DNA of 60,918 nucleotides, the filler included, from Globobulimina sp. (lineage: Eukaryota), in the NCBI GenBank assembly GCA_003354225.1. It is 11 parts of 11 records of this genome, joined end to end, with 100 filler letters (N's around TTAATTAATTAA, not from the genome) between each part and the next. Parts side by side here need not be neighbours in the genome. Positions count along the whole stretch, not along the records: positions 44,392 to 49,834 come from PIVH01000570.1; positions 49,935 to 55,377 come from PIVH01000571.1; positions 55,478 to 60,918 come from PIVH01000572.1; 8 more parts are not named here. One strand, 5' to 3'. The notes beneath the pieces are model-generated. The model was not told where the DNA came from and made no database searches. It saw only the letters and a list, made by a program, of their open reading frames with translations. Made by a program: the position numbers and the translations under genes. Shown here one piece after another: positions 45,041 to 56,123 of this stretch (positions are counted from its first letter, which is position 1; each line of letters opens with the position of its first letter).

Positions 45041-46573
45041 ATGATTGGCGAGCAACGAAAACAAACAAAATTACTTAGTGATGCAATCTTAGACATTCAC
45101 AAAAACACAAAAACAGAAAAATCAGATTATGCACAACTAATATATGAAAAAAGCATAACAGAAAAATTCGAGGTGCACTTTCCCGCCGAAACCGCGGATG
45201 TCTTTGAATATTTCACCCGAATCGACCTTTATAAGGCCAAAAATCCGAATGTAATGAATAAACATTTGTTCCAGAATGTGATCAAATCATTACCGCGATC
45301 GAGGTTGGCGGAATGGACAAATTACCGCAATGCGCAGCTATCCGATAAAATTAGTATGCATTTGCACTTTGATGTATTGCCCGAAGCAGAGCGGAATGAA
45401 TATCGTGCCATGTATTTGCTTCGTGTGTCAAACTTTGATGTATATAAAAATTGGATTTTGTCCATATTCACCATAACCGCCGACCATACCACATTCGATT
45501 CGCTATTCCAAAATATTAACATTCGATACCATGAGGACCCCTCGGCGTTGTTCCGTCGGCTCCAACAATATTTCGCCCAAATTACTAATATAATCAAATT
45601 ATTGAATCGCACAACGTATCGCGACTCCAATTATAAGGCAGCTGACCTTACTCCGCGCGAAAAATTCAAAATATTGTATCGGATCTATGTGACTAATAAT
45701 TGGGATAAAAATAATAATAATTACGGCAAACATAATGAGAAAATGCGCATAAATATTTTGAAGGGATTGAAGGAGGATGGATATGAATATGATGTCATCG
45801 TAGCCCTCATCAAAAAACAAGATACCAAAATCATACCACTTGAAATACGCGATGATAAAATCAAAAAATACCATTGGCAAAAATATCCATATAATCACAA
45901 TGAATCCTCCATATTCCTCATCAGCCGTAATCCAGCCACATCGAAACGAAAACGGTATTATGAGACCGATGATGGCAGTCCGCCGATAAAAAAGCAACGC
46001 TTTACATCGAAACCACAGTGCAACAACGGATTAAATTGCAGCCGCTACATTGAAAGTGGTCGCTGTACATTCTTCCATCCACCAAACGAAATGCGTAGTC
46101 TTTACCTACAACGCAAGAAATATTTATCCAATCAAACAAAAACGTACACAACGGATAAATATAAAAACAGAAATAGAACCAAACCGGAACAGAAACGCGA
46201 GTTTAAACCGGATTGCAAATATGGAACAGAATGTAGAATGTACCAAGAAGGGCGCTGCAAATTTTATCATAAATATAAAGAAATGAAATGTGGCAAATGT
46301 GGCAAATCCGGCCACGCGAAATTTAAATGCTATGTCAAATCCATGGAAGCCAATGATAAAAGTGATAAAATCCCGCATTATGATCCGAAAAACACTGTGA
46401 ATGCAACCAAATCATTGCAGGAGTTGCAAAAATACCGTACTAATAATAAATTGTCGGACGCCCAGAACCAAAAACTGCTCACATTGGTTCATGACATCAC
46501 CGGACAGCGTCCCCGGCCTCGTACGAAGTGGAGAAAATGGAGAGGAGGCAAAGGCAGAGCCCGACGCGGATAA
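45041..46573 (+). CDS. Gag with two CCCH fingers and one CCHC knuckle
   Basis: CNNGLNC-x8-C-x3-H, CKYGTEC-x7-C-x3-H and CGKCGKSGHAKFKC. Confidence 0.85.
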   Translation: MIGEQRKQTKLLSDAILDIHKNTKTEKSDYAQLIYEKSITEKFEVHFPAETADVFEYFTRIDLYKAKNPNVMNKHLFQNVIKSLPRSRLAEWTNYRNAQLSDKISMHLHFDVLPEAERNEYRAMYLLRVSNFDVYKNWILSIFTITADHTTFDSLFQNINIRYHEDPSALFRRLQQYFAQITNIIKLLNRTTYRDSNYKAADLTPREKFKILYRIYVTNNWDKNNNNYGKHNEKMRINILKGLKEDGYEYDVIVALIKKQDTKIIPLEIRDDKIKKYHWQKYPYNHNESSIFLISRNPATSKRKRYYETDDGSPPIKKQRFTSKPQCNNGLNCSRYIESGRCTFFHPPNEMRSLYLQRKKYLSNQTKTYTTDKYKNRNRTKPEQKREFKPDCKYGTECRMYQEGRCKFYHKYKEMKCGKCGKSGHAKFKCYVKSMEANDKSDKIPHYDPKNTVNATKSLQELQKYRTNNKLSDAQNQKLLTLVHDITGQRPRPRTKWRKWRGGKGRARRG

Positions 46574-49500
46574 AAACCAATTATTTCCCCTCGAACTCGC
46601 GACTCCCAACAAAACTAATATGCAATCTCCTCGCCGCGACGCCAAAATCAATCTAAATCCACATTTGATTGGTTGCGGTGCTGCGATACCAACCACCACG
46701 ATCTCCGAAAGCAATATGAGTAATAAAATAGATTATTTTGAGGCAAATACCGCATTGTTAATACCTGGTGCCTATAAATTCAAATCTAATGACGTTGGCA
46801 CTCAATCGGACAATGATATTGATATGGAATTCGATGAAAAGTCCGATACCGACGATGTCAATGCATTTCTCGACAGTGATTTCATTGTCTCCGATGACGA
46901 TGATTATAAAATTAATATGGAGGATACCCGAATGCCAGAACCATATGATTTAACTCCATCAATTTCGAATATATTTATGACCCATCCCGCATTCAATACG
47001 AATAATAAATTGTATCAGGAAGCGCTTGATTATCATTTTAAGCGCAACCCAATTGATCGCCTATTAATAAATGATGATATTATTGATGTGGATAATATCC
47101 ATTTGCCAGTCCGCGAGGTTACAGTCAACGTCGCATCCTTTGATATTGGCAAAATCCCCGCATTCGCCGATACCGGCTCAAAAATACAAGCCATTGGGCC
47201 CAAAATCGCAGCAAAATATGCAAAATATCTCCAAAAATCACGTAAAGGCAAAACCTTACAGACCGGCAATGGCATACTCACAACGCATCGATATTTGCCC
47301 TTAATTATCAAAGCAAAGAGGAAACAAAAACATAAGACAAAGAATGAAAAGGATAAATATAAATACCTATATTCAAAATTTTGGGTCATTGAGGATTTAC
47401 CGAAGCAGCATGATTGGTTGATTGGTGATAATATGTTGAATGAATTAGGCTATAATTTGACGCATAAGTATGAAATATATGAGCACAAACCGCAACCACT
47501 CGACCTGCTATCCGAGGACCTCGATGACATCGCATGTATGCGGTATCCCAATATAAATCCGCCCAAAATAGATCTGAATAAGGTACACGTACAAAATAAA
47601 GAATTGGAGCAATTTATAAGAAATACCCTGCTCAAATACCAAGAGGTCATAGCCAAAGATGAATGGGATAGTGGCATGATACCAGACGCTGAATTTGTTA
47701 TAAATTTCATTGAAGGCGATGATCCGAGGAAGGATGGCTTTGTCTGTACGGAATATCCAATGCGCCACACATTACGTACGGAGGCTACGCGCCAAATCAA
47801 AGGCATGGTACAGAAAAAAGTCATATCGCGCTGTACCTCCAAGTATGTCTCGCCGATATTCCTAATACCGAAGAAAACGGGCGACGTACGGATCGTATTT
47901 GATTATCGTATCTTGAATATGATAACGGAGAAATTATTCCATCCCATACCTCGCAGAGACCGCCTATTGCATCGATTCAAAGATAAAAAATTCATCACAT
48001 CATTGGATATGAAAGGTGGATACTGGCATATCCCAATAAAGCCAGAACACCGCAAACGGACTGCATTTGTATTTGATGGTGATGTATATTGTTGGAATGT
48101 GATGCCATTTGGCCCCAAAAACGCTCCGATGTATTTTCAGGCCGTAATGCAAAATATATTTGATGGTCTCGACTATGTCTTGGTGTACATCGACGACATA
48201 TCCATTGTGTCCGAGACGCTCGCCGAACATAAGCAGCATTTGAAGGAGGTTTTTGATCGTATTCAGGCGCATGGCATCAAACTCCGACTCGATAAATGTA
48301 TATGGGGCGCCACGGAAACTGAATATTTAGGATTTGTGGTGAATAAAATTGGTGTATATACCAAGGATAGCTATAAAAAGAAGGTATTGGCCGTACCTGA
48401 GCCTACCAATAAGAAGGAGCTATTGCGCTTCCTCGGCCTCGTCCAGTTTCTCGGTGATTTCATACCGCAGCTAGGCGCCAATACCGCTCATTTGTCCACA
48501 TTGCTACATAAAGATAAGGCGCAATCATTCACATTTACGCCTCACCAACGCTCCATATTCGACAATATCAAATCAAAAATTCAAAATATTGATTATTTGG
48601 CACATCCAGACCCACGTAAACCATTCCATGTATTTACGGATGCATCGATATATGGCATTGGCGGGATGTTGGCCCAAAAGGATGATAATGGCAAATTCCA
48701 TCCAGTCGCATATTGCTCGAAAACGTTTAATCAAACACAACAGAATTGGCACGTTTCGGAGCAGGAAATCTTCGCAGTGATCCATTGTGTTGAAAAATGG
48801 CAATATTTGCTTAATTATGCGAAATTTACGATACATACCGACCACAGCAACTTAGAGAATCTATTTAATAAAGCACGAGATTTCCGCGCCGGTAAATTGT
48901 ATCGATGGGCTGTGCGATTACAGGATTTCCATTTTGACTGCAAATTTATTAAAGGAAAGGATAACAAGGCAGCGGATTACCTAAGTCGCGACGCATTGGA
49001 CCTACCATCAAATATAAAAATTCGCCAATTCTATCGCGCCAAACCAAAATCAGCCGACATCGATGGTATTAATATCATAGCATCGTACCATCAATGCTTA
49101 ATCCGCGAAATATTATCATTGGACACAAATTGTAATTATTTTTGTCCATTCCAACCAACGCCGACACCAAAAACGTATCCAAATCAACCGACGCCCATTG
49201 GCGAATCGCTTAATTGCATCATCCCACTCAAACCATTGGATACTACGCCGTACGCCGCGCCGTTTTATCCCAATTCATTCATCGATGATGTATCGAGCGC
49301 CACCACCGACGACGACGGACCTCAACGTCACAAAGCACCGCCACCTGAGCTCGCCGACTATGATATTACCACTGAGTCCGATGACGACGCCGCATATTTA
49401 CCACCATATGCCACTGTACCGTCAGACTCTGAACATCAGAAAATACCCACTCGCTCATCACGTCGCCATAATAAAAATAAAAATCCATCGGATTACATTG

Positions 49501-49834
49501 ATCATACACCATTGGTACCTACGATTGGCACCGTTTACGATGCAAAATTATTGAAAGAATCCGTGGAATTGCGACAAAAACGTGCTCTGAATAGGTGCAA
49601 ACAAAAAGAAATGAATCAAAGAATAATAAATAAAAAAGCCTCATACCCGGTGTACAATAAACAGATATTTTATCCATTTTATAGTACACCAATCCAGGAT
49701 TATTATACTTCGATAATAAATCCGAACAACGCAGAAACCCAGAAATTGATCGTCGAGAAGCAAACCGCAGACTGCTGTACAGTAGTGTTCCCGATAAGAG
49801 GTACGCATATTAGTACTAATATTATATATTATAC
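46401..49834 (+). CDS. Gypsy Pol (protease, RT, RNase H), partial
   Basis: FADTGS (protease); DYRILN, SLDMKGGYWHI, MPFG, YIDDI (RT); TDAS, TDHSNL, N.AADYLSR (RNase H). Lies in the +1 frame relative to gag. Confidence 0.96.
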
Positions 49835-50168
49835 NNNNNNNNNNNNNNNNNNNNNNNNNNNNNNNNNNNNNNNNNNNNTTAATTAATTAANNNNNNNNNN
49901 NNNNNNNNNNNNNNNNNNNNNNNNNNNNNNNNNNATTTTTTCGTTTAATTATTCTGATAATCTATTCCGTGCAAAAGTAGTTTCAATCAAAACGCATTTT
50001 AAGTTTTTTGATGATACGAAAAACGGAGCATTTATGTGTTTGCAGAAATTATCCTTGCACAATGAAAAAAGATCAAAATCTCTAATAATCGCACTCAAAA
50101 AAAATAACCATGCCACTTATTATATACACACCACAAAAATGTTTATTACATTATAATTACAGGCATGT

Positions 50169-50789
50169 TTAACATACACAATAAACTGCTAAAAACAAGA
50201 AAATCATAGCAATGATATCCAAAATCATAGAATAACCAAGTGTTGGATCCACTAAATCCGATTCATGTGCATAACAAGTTGGAGATGCAAAACAAAACCA
50301 TAAAATAGCTCCAAGTAAACACAATCCAGCAATTATATATCCAAATTTTGCAAATTGTTTACCTTTTTTCAATACCACAGCCAACGCCGCACCAACACAG
50401 GCCACTAAAGCTAAAATATTCAACACCAACCATGCATATCCAGCCGTGGCCTGATTACAAGGGTCTGCACAATCAATTAGAGCCTCGGGACACGCATCGC
50501 AAAGATCTTGAAAGGTTAACGCATCACACAGAGCATCAGCTGTATCATTCTCAGAACCACAGTTTTGAAAACCACACCAATTTGCACTGTCTCCATCTGG
50601 AAATGTAATTTGATTCAATGCCAATGCTACAATCTATATATATTATTATATAATGAACCGTATCTATAAAAAATACATAAATATAATATCACTCTAAACT
50701 ATAATCACACCACAGAAAAATCCACAACATCCTCCTCCTTTTTCCTTTGCTTTCTCTTGTTTTGATTGTTTTGTTTGTTTCTGTCCCAT
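50169..50789 (-). CDS. Four-TM claudin/PMP22-like membrane protein, probably 2 exons
   Basis: Cys-rich first loop and three C-terminal TM segments. Candidate first exon MGQKQ..GFFCGVII (50789-50700) and a phase-0 intron 50699-50634 supply TM1. Confidence 0.6.
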
Positions 50790-50844
50790 GATTGTTACGC
50801 TTTTTCTTTACTTTTATCAAGGTTTTTTGTGTAATAAATATTAC

Positions 50845-53039
50845 ATGGCATTGCAATCAAAGTTATCAAACCCTGCAGTGTCTATTGAAGAGAAGTATGA
50901 CGAGTCGCAATGCATAACGAAGACATTCGCAGATCCACCATCTGATCATTCTGACAATTTAAAACGCACAGCTGACTGTCTATATTTTGAAGGGAAAAAT
51001 GGTCGCATCGCATATTCGTTCCCCATCAGTTTATTCAGTCTGCATTATGACTGCGACAAAGAACAAAATCCGTCCTGTCACACTGGCTTCAATATCGTTG
51101 TCTGTTATTCCTCAAAAGAAGTACGACCAATATTTGTATCCATAAACAATAGAATTTGTGAAGCTGTGCTATGTGCTGACATTATTGGCGATTTCTCCAT
51201 AAATACTGCACAGAATAGATTGTATGGTCCATTTGTGATTGATATCAATGACGAAGCACAATTTATAAATATATCGTTTTCCAGCTCTGGATTTTTCCCT
51301 CACATCAAAGAATTTAAATTTATCCCAATTGCAACCTATAACATATCCTTAGAGCAATCGTATCGCGCTATAAATTGGGAGAAATTAATGAAACAAAACG
51401 ATTGCGAGCATCACGAGTTAGACATTCGAATCGTAGATGCCATAAAAAGGCGCAGTTTACATAAAACCAAATCGTATCAAAACTTCACATCCAATATTTT
51501 ATTCTACGCAGATTCAAGCAATAAATTGGTAAAACCATATCGAATGAGCAAAAACATGACATTCGATAATAAATATATCAAATCCGAGGGGAAAAACGCC
51601 TTTATCGAATATAAGGCGGTAATAAAAAGAAAAGACGAACCGTCTCTTATTAAAACCTATGATCACGAATTTAAATTAACATTTGGTGTCGAATATGCTT
51701 CGCCGAATCCAAGACCTTTGCAACTAGTTATTTCTATATATTTTGCTTTGTTTTTTGTAGCAACCAAACATGTGTCAATCATACGCAGTTTATCAATGAC
51801 AAATGTGTGCTCAAAGACATTTGCAACGAAACCATCAAAACATCGTATGACGAAGCAGCCGCGTGGAGGATTTATAGCATATCCATCGACTCTAAAACCT
51901 GTGTACTGCGCTTAAATTGTGGCGCCGCGGTGGATGGCTACCAATTTACATTACGATTGCAAACCGATGGCGAGTTCCCCAGCATCAAATCAATAATGTT
52001 GATGGAGGACGAGCCCATTAAGGACGCGGTGGAAACCTCGCAGTCAAACAGCTCGATGTTGGATGAAAAGGAGAAAAAAGACATCGTTTCTGACGAGAAA
52101 AGCGAAGCCACTGCGGCTGACAAATCGGCTTCGTTTTTAAAATTAGCTACACATTATCGAGAGTTTATAACTCCACCTTCGGATTTCATCGCATTTGAGC
52201 CATTTATATCGTCAGTCAAAAATATCTGTTTTGACACATATTTTATTGGTTTGCCACACAATGAAATGGAACACAAATCCAACGACGATGATGCAGCATA
52301 TCCTGAGCTTGGCATTACATTAAATAACGAGGCCTTTATACCGGATGCAAAATTTTACCATTCGCGCAATGTGGATGGTTTATGGATTTGTGTCAGTAAA
52401 AAGTGCGAGCAGTCTCAGCAAATATTGAAGGAAGCAACGTTTTTGGTGAAATCTTTCATTCCCATCGAGGTTCGAAGGTTGTTTTTAAAATATAAACATG
52501 GCCGATATCGACCAAAGTATGTAGGCCCGATGAGGCTAATTATATTATCACAGAAACACAATGAGTCCGCGGGCTGTATCCCGGAATTGAACACCAAAGA
52601 AACGGGACGCAATGGCACTGCACAACCATTTGTGTTCTCTTCCTCTGACGATTATGACCGCGGCTTTTTTAATCATGAATGGTTCAATGGGCGCTTGACT
52701 GCGCACGAATTGGTGCATGCCGTTGATATGGTTTTGAGGCAGTTGGTCGATCCGTGTTTTATGATTGAGACGGATGAGGTTTATAATTTAGCGAAGGCTG
52801 CGGGTCAATATCCGGAAAACGCATATGCAATGACATCGAGACATGAATATATTGCAGAGATTTTGACGGTGTTTTTAAATATTCCACCGTATGATTTGTA
52901 TGTTGCTGGGTTTAAAAACAAGGATGATTTGAAGGAGAAAGATGTTGCAGGCTTTGAGTTTTTGCAACGGTGGTTTTTAGAATTAAATCATACATTGCCT
53001 GTTTTGGATGTTTATAAAAAGTTCTCTGGGACGTTATGA
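50845..53039 (+). CDS. Two CBM6/35-like modules plus HExxH zincin metallopeptidase (lethal-factor/MtfA-like), 2 exons
   Basis: Repeated Y.S...RP....IN modules; TAHELVHAVD and YAMTSRHEYIAE. Phase-0 intron 51727-51788 joins the ORFs (RPLQL|FINDK). Confidence 0.75.
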
Positions 53040-53088
53040 TGACTTTGAGTCAGTTGTTGATAATTATTATTAGTTCTTTTTTTTAATT

Positions 53089-54177
53089 TCAATTAATCTG
53101 AAAGACAACCAACACACCAAAATGGTCAGACAAATATGGTTTTGTTGTAGAAGTCAATTGAGAGTGAGTCACAGTCCAGTTCTGATTTTTAATATGCCTA
53201 TAAAAAATATAATCGCATCGTTGATTTGGTTCCTTCCAAAGTCCATTTGCTGCGAGTTCATTCTCATTGGACCACGTATAACCGATATCATTTGGATTAC
53301 AATCCTTCCAACAATCTATAAATTTCATTTTATTTTCAATATATTGGATTTCTGGTTGATCACAATGAGCATTACAATCGCAACCAATGATAATCTGATA
53401 AACATCATTTATAATTAAATATTGATTGATTTTCGTATACATTTCAGCCATTTGCTTCATTCGTTTGTCATTAACAACACCCGTCGCAAAGTGAGCATTT
53501 ATAATTAGCATATTATTATACTTTACAATCATATATCCATATCTTACAAAACTATATAGTATCCATGTCAGAGGCCATCGCAACATATCTTTGCATGCAA
53601 ATGTATGTCCTAAGTCATCGAATGGCTTTGCTAGTAATATTTTGGGAGGTTCAACGTTACCGTTTCTGCCATTTATAAGTAAATTCTTTTTAACTCCAAT
53701 TGACAAGGCCTGCGAGTCTAAAGTGTGATTATTTATTTGTTTACATGCTGGCAAACGAAAACAACTTAAAATTTTCACAAATAAAAAAGGTAATAATATT
53801 ATTGCAAGTAGTTGTAGTAAAATGAATGTCAGTAATATATAATCTGATTGATTGTCATACAAATATAGTGCTAATAATATTGCATCAATAAATGTTATGC
53901 CTGCGAATGGTACAAATGATTTCCAGCCATATATAACATGTGTGTGATTCGAAAACAATAAATGATATTTTGAGGAGAAATGTTTTCGCAAAGAATTTCG
54001 ATGTTGTATTAATGCAGCTTCTTGCAAGAAAAATATATCTGGTGAATGACAATCGATTGATGATTCCAATAATTTGATACGTTGTGTTGCTCTGTCGTCA
54101 AAATCTGTACACACGTTTTGTGTCAACACTTTGAATTCGTTCGACTTGGTTTTGGTTAAAAGTTCATGTTCTGTCAT
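53089..54177 (-). CDS. Endonuclease/exonuclease/phosphatase family protein with an internal two-TM insertion
   Basis: LTQNV, FFLQEA, NAHF, GCDCNA, RCDYIF and SDHFGV. Confidence 0.88.
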   Translation of the reverse strand: MTEHELLTKTKSNEFKVLTQNVCTDFDDRATQRIKLLESSIDCHSPDIFFLQEAALIQHRNSLRKHFSSKYHLLFSNHTHVIYGWKSFVPFAGITFIDAILLALYLYDNQSDYILLTFILLQLLAIILLPFLFVKILSCFRLPACKQINNHTLDSQALSIGVKKNLLINGRNGNVEPPKILLAKPFDDLGHTFACKDMLRWPLTWILYSFVRYGYMIVKYNNMLIINAHFATGVVNDKRMKQMAEMYTKINQYLIINDVYQIIIGCDCNAHCDQPEIQYIENKMKFIDCWKDCNPNDIGYTWSNENELAANGLWKEPNQRCDYIFYRHIKNQNWTVTHSQLTSTTKPYLSDHFGVLVVFQIN

Positions 54178-54230
54178 AACGATTTCACCAAAAACTTTCT
54201 TAACAACTACATTTTTGTGGAATATTAATT

Positions 54231-55037
54231 ATGGGTAACACTTTGTCAGAACTTGCACATTTTGGTAATTATAATTCAGAATCAAAGACTGTGAAGGTTA
54301 AATGTGAAAATTGCGAGCAAACATATTGTGAAATAGATGGTAAATTGTGGTCACAGTGGGGTAATGTTTATCAAAAAGTGGGACGTTGCAAACAATGTGC
54401 AGGATATGGTGCTTTTGAAATGCATCCTGGTGACGCAGGTGGCGACCCATGGCGGAATAAAAAAGGTGAAGCGAAATTACAATGTATTGTTTGTAACCGA
54501 ACATATGGTGCTATTACGTGGACGCGTTGGTACAAGCGAGGCACTCCAGAATCTGACTATTTTCATGGATATTGCGTGGCATGCAACCATACTCCGTCTC
54601 CATGTCAATCAAAACATTATGAGCAAGAAACCAAACATGAAATTAAAGAAAAACATGGTGATGAAACAGTCAAATCATTATTATTAATGGGATTCGACGA
54701 ATCATTGTGTTTGGAAGCTGTGGATCAATGCAATAATGATTTAAATTCCTGTGTTGATTATATTGTATCGCCAACGAGCCAGACTCCTAAAAATGATGAA
54801 GCCAAAAATGGTGAGTCCAAAGTTGGAGCTTGGTTGAAATCCATAGATATGATGCTGTATTTTCGTCATTTTGTGGAGAATGGATATGATAAATTGTTCA
54901 TTGTTGCTACAATGAATGATACAGATTTAATTGAAATTGGTGTTGATAAAAAAGGTCATAGAAAACAAATTCTATTGAAAATTCAGAAGATGTTTGAAGG
55001 TAAAGATGCTGAACAGACAATTTTGCTCTACAAATAG
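54231..55037 (+). CDS. CxxC zinc-ribbon + UBA + SAM domain protein
   Basis: MGNTLS (myristoylation-like); four CxxC pairs; LLLMGF..C.EA...NNDL...VDYI (UBA); WLKSI...Y...F..NGYD...DL.EIGV.K.GHRKQIL (SAM). Confidence 0.85.
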   Translation: MGNTLSELAHFGNYNSESKTVKVKCENCEQTYCEIDGKLWSQWGNVYQKVGRCKQCAGYGAFEMHPGDAGGDPWRNKKGEAKLQCIVCNRTYGAITWTRWYKRGTPESDYFHGYCVACNHTPSPCQSKHYEQETKHEIKEKHGDETVKSLLLMGFDESLCLEAVDQCNNDLNSCVDYIVSPTSQTPKNDEAKNGESKVGAWLKSIDMMLYFRHFVENGYDKLFIVATMNDTDLIEIGVDKKGHRKQILLKIQKMFEGKDAEQTILLYK

Positions 55038-56123
55038 ATAGTGATGAAACAAAGTGACTGGGATGTCATATAAGTATTGATCGAGCATTGTATTTGTAAA
55101 CAATGTCAATTAATTTATTATATCCTTGCACTTTCAAAGTACAGATCTTAAAAAAGTTGTATCAACAGCAAGCCAGTGAATTGGGCAAAACCTACAATAC
55201 GTTTTTGATACATAAGTCACATAACCCATCACCCGTTGTATACATATCGATCAATATAAAGTTTGCATTTAACTTTTTTGGCTTAGTTTCGTTTCATTTC
55301 ATTTCAACGATTAGCAAAGTTTTTGGTTAGCTAGAGTGGTTTTCAACCTAGTATTCGAAGTTGACCTAGGTCATCCANNNNNNNNNNNNNNNNNNNNNNN
55401 NNNNNNNNNNNNNNNNNNNNNTTAATTAATTAANNNNNNNNNNNNNNNNNNNNNNNNNNNNNNNNNNNNNNNNNNNNATTTAAATAATGGGTGTACAACA
55501 TTTAAAATAATATTGAACCAATCAGTAAATTTTGTCAGGTATATTATCTGAAAAGTGCTACTAAAACCTCTTGTTCTTCAATCTCTTGATCCTAGACGGC
55601 CATTATTTTGTCGCTTTGAATATTGTGAAATTTGTGATGAACTTTCGTCGGAATTTTGCGATTTGGGGCAATTTCATATTTTTACCATACCGTTTTTCAT
55701 GATTTCCATACATTTTAATATTTCAGAATTTTTTTACTTTTACAACTTTTACTACAAAAAAAAAGGGTGCATCAATTCGAAATCCGTAATAAATATTATC
55801 CACAAACAACGGTTTAGAGCAGGAGACAGATCAGATGCAAATTAAACAAATACCCATTAATAAAAAAAAACATATTCTTTAATAATACCAAAAAAGAACA
55901 GAAACCCAAATACCAAAAACAAACAAATCATTAAACAAGTAATATAAAGGAAGAAAAAAGTATAATAAAACAACAAACGTGACATATAAACAAACACAAA
56001 AGACGAGAATAAAAAAAAATAAAAATATTAAATCACCAAAAAAAAAAACTTGAGGAAACTAAACATAAACAAAATTGTATATTTATTTATATTACAATTG
56101 GTAAACAATAAAAAACATGCAAG

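Larger units (their letters stand above)
44392..49834 (+). mobile_element. Ty3/Gypsy LTR retrotransposon, truncated before integrase
   Basis: LTR-like 5' end, PBS, gag, then pol in PR-RT-RH order. Confidence 0.93.

Noticed and set aside
55331-55377. ctagagtggttttcaacc resembling a hAT/Charlie terminal inverted repeat
   Set aside because: It lacks the initial CA, and only one end is visible before the contig break; too weak to call.
5454-55477. Regularly spaced TTAATTAATTAA motif every ~5.5 kb
   Set aside because: Artificial six-frame-stop linker flanked by Ns; not biological.
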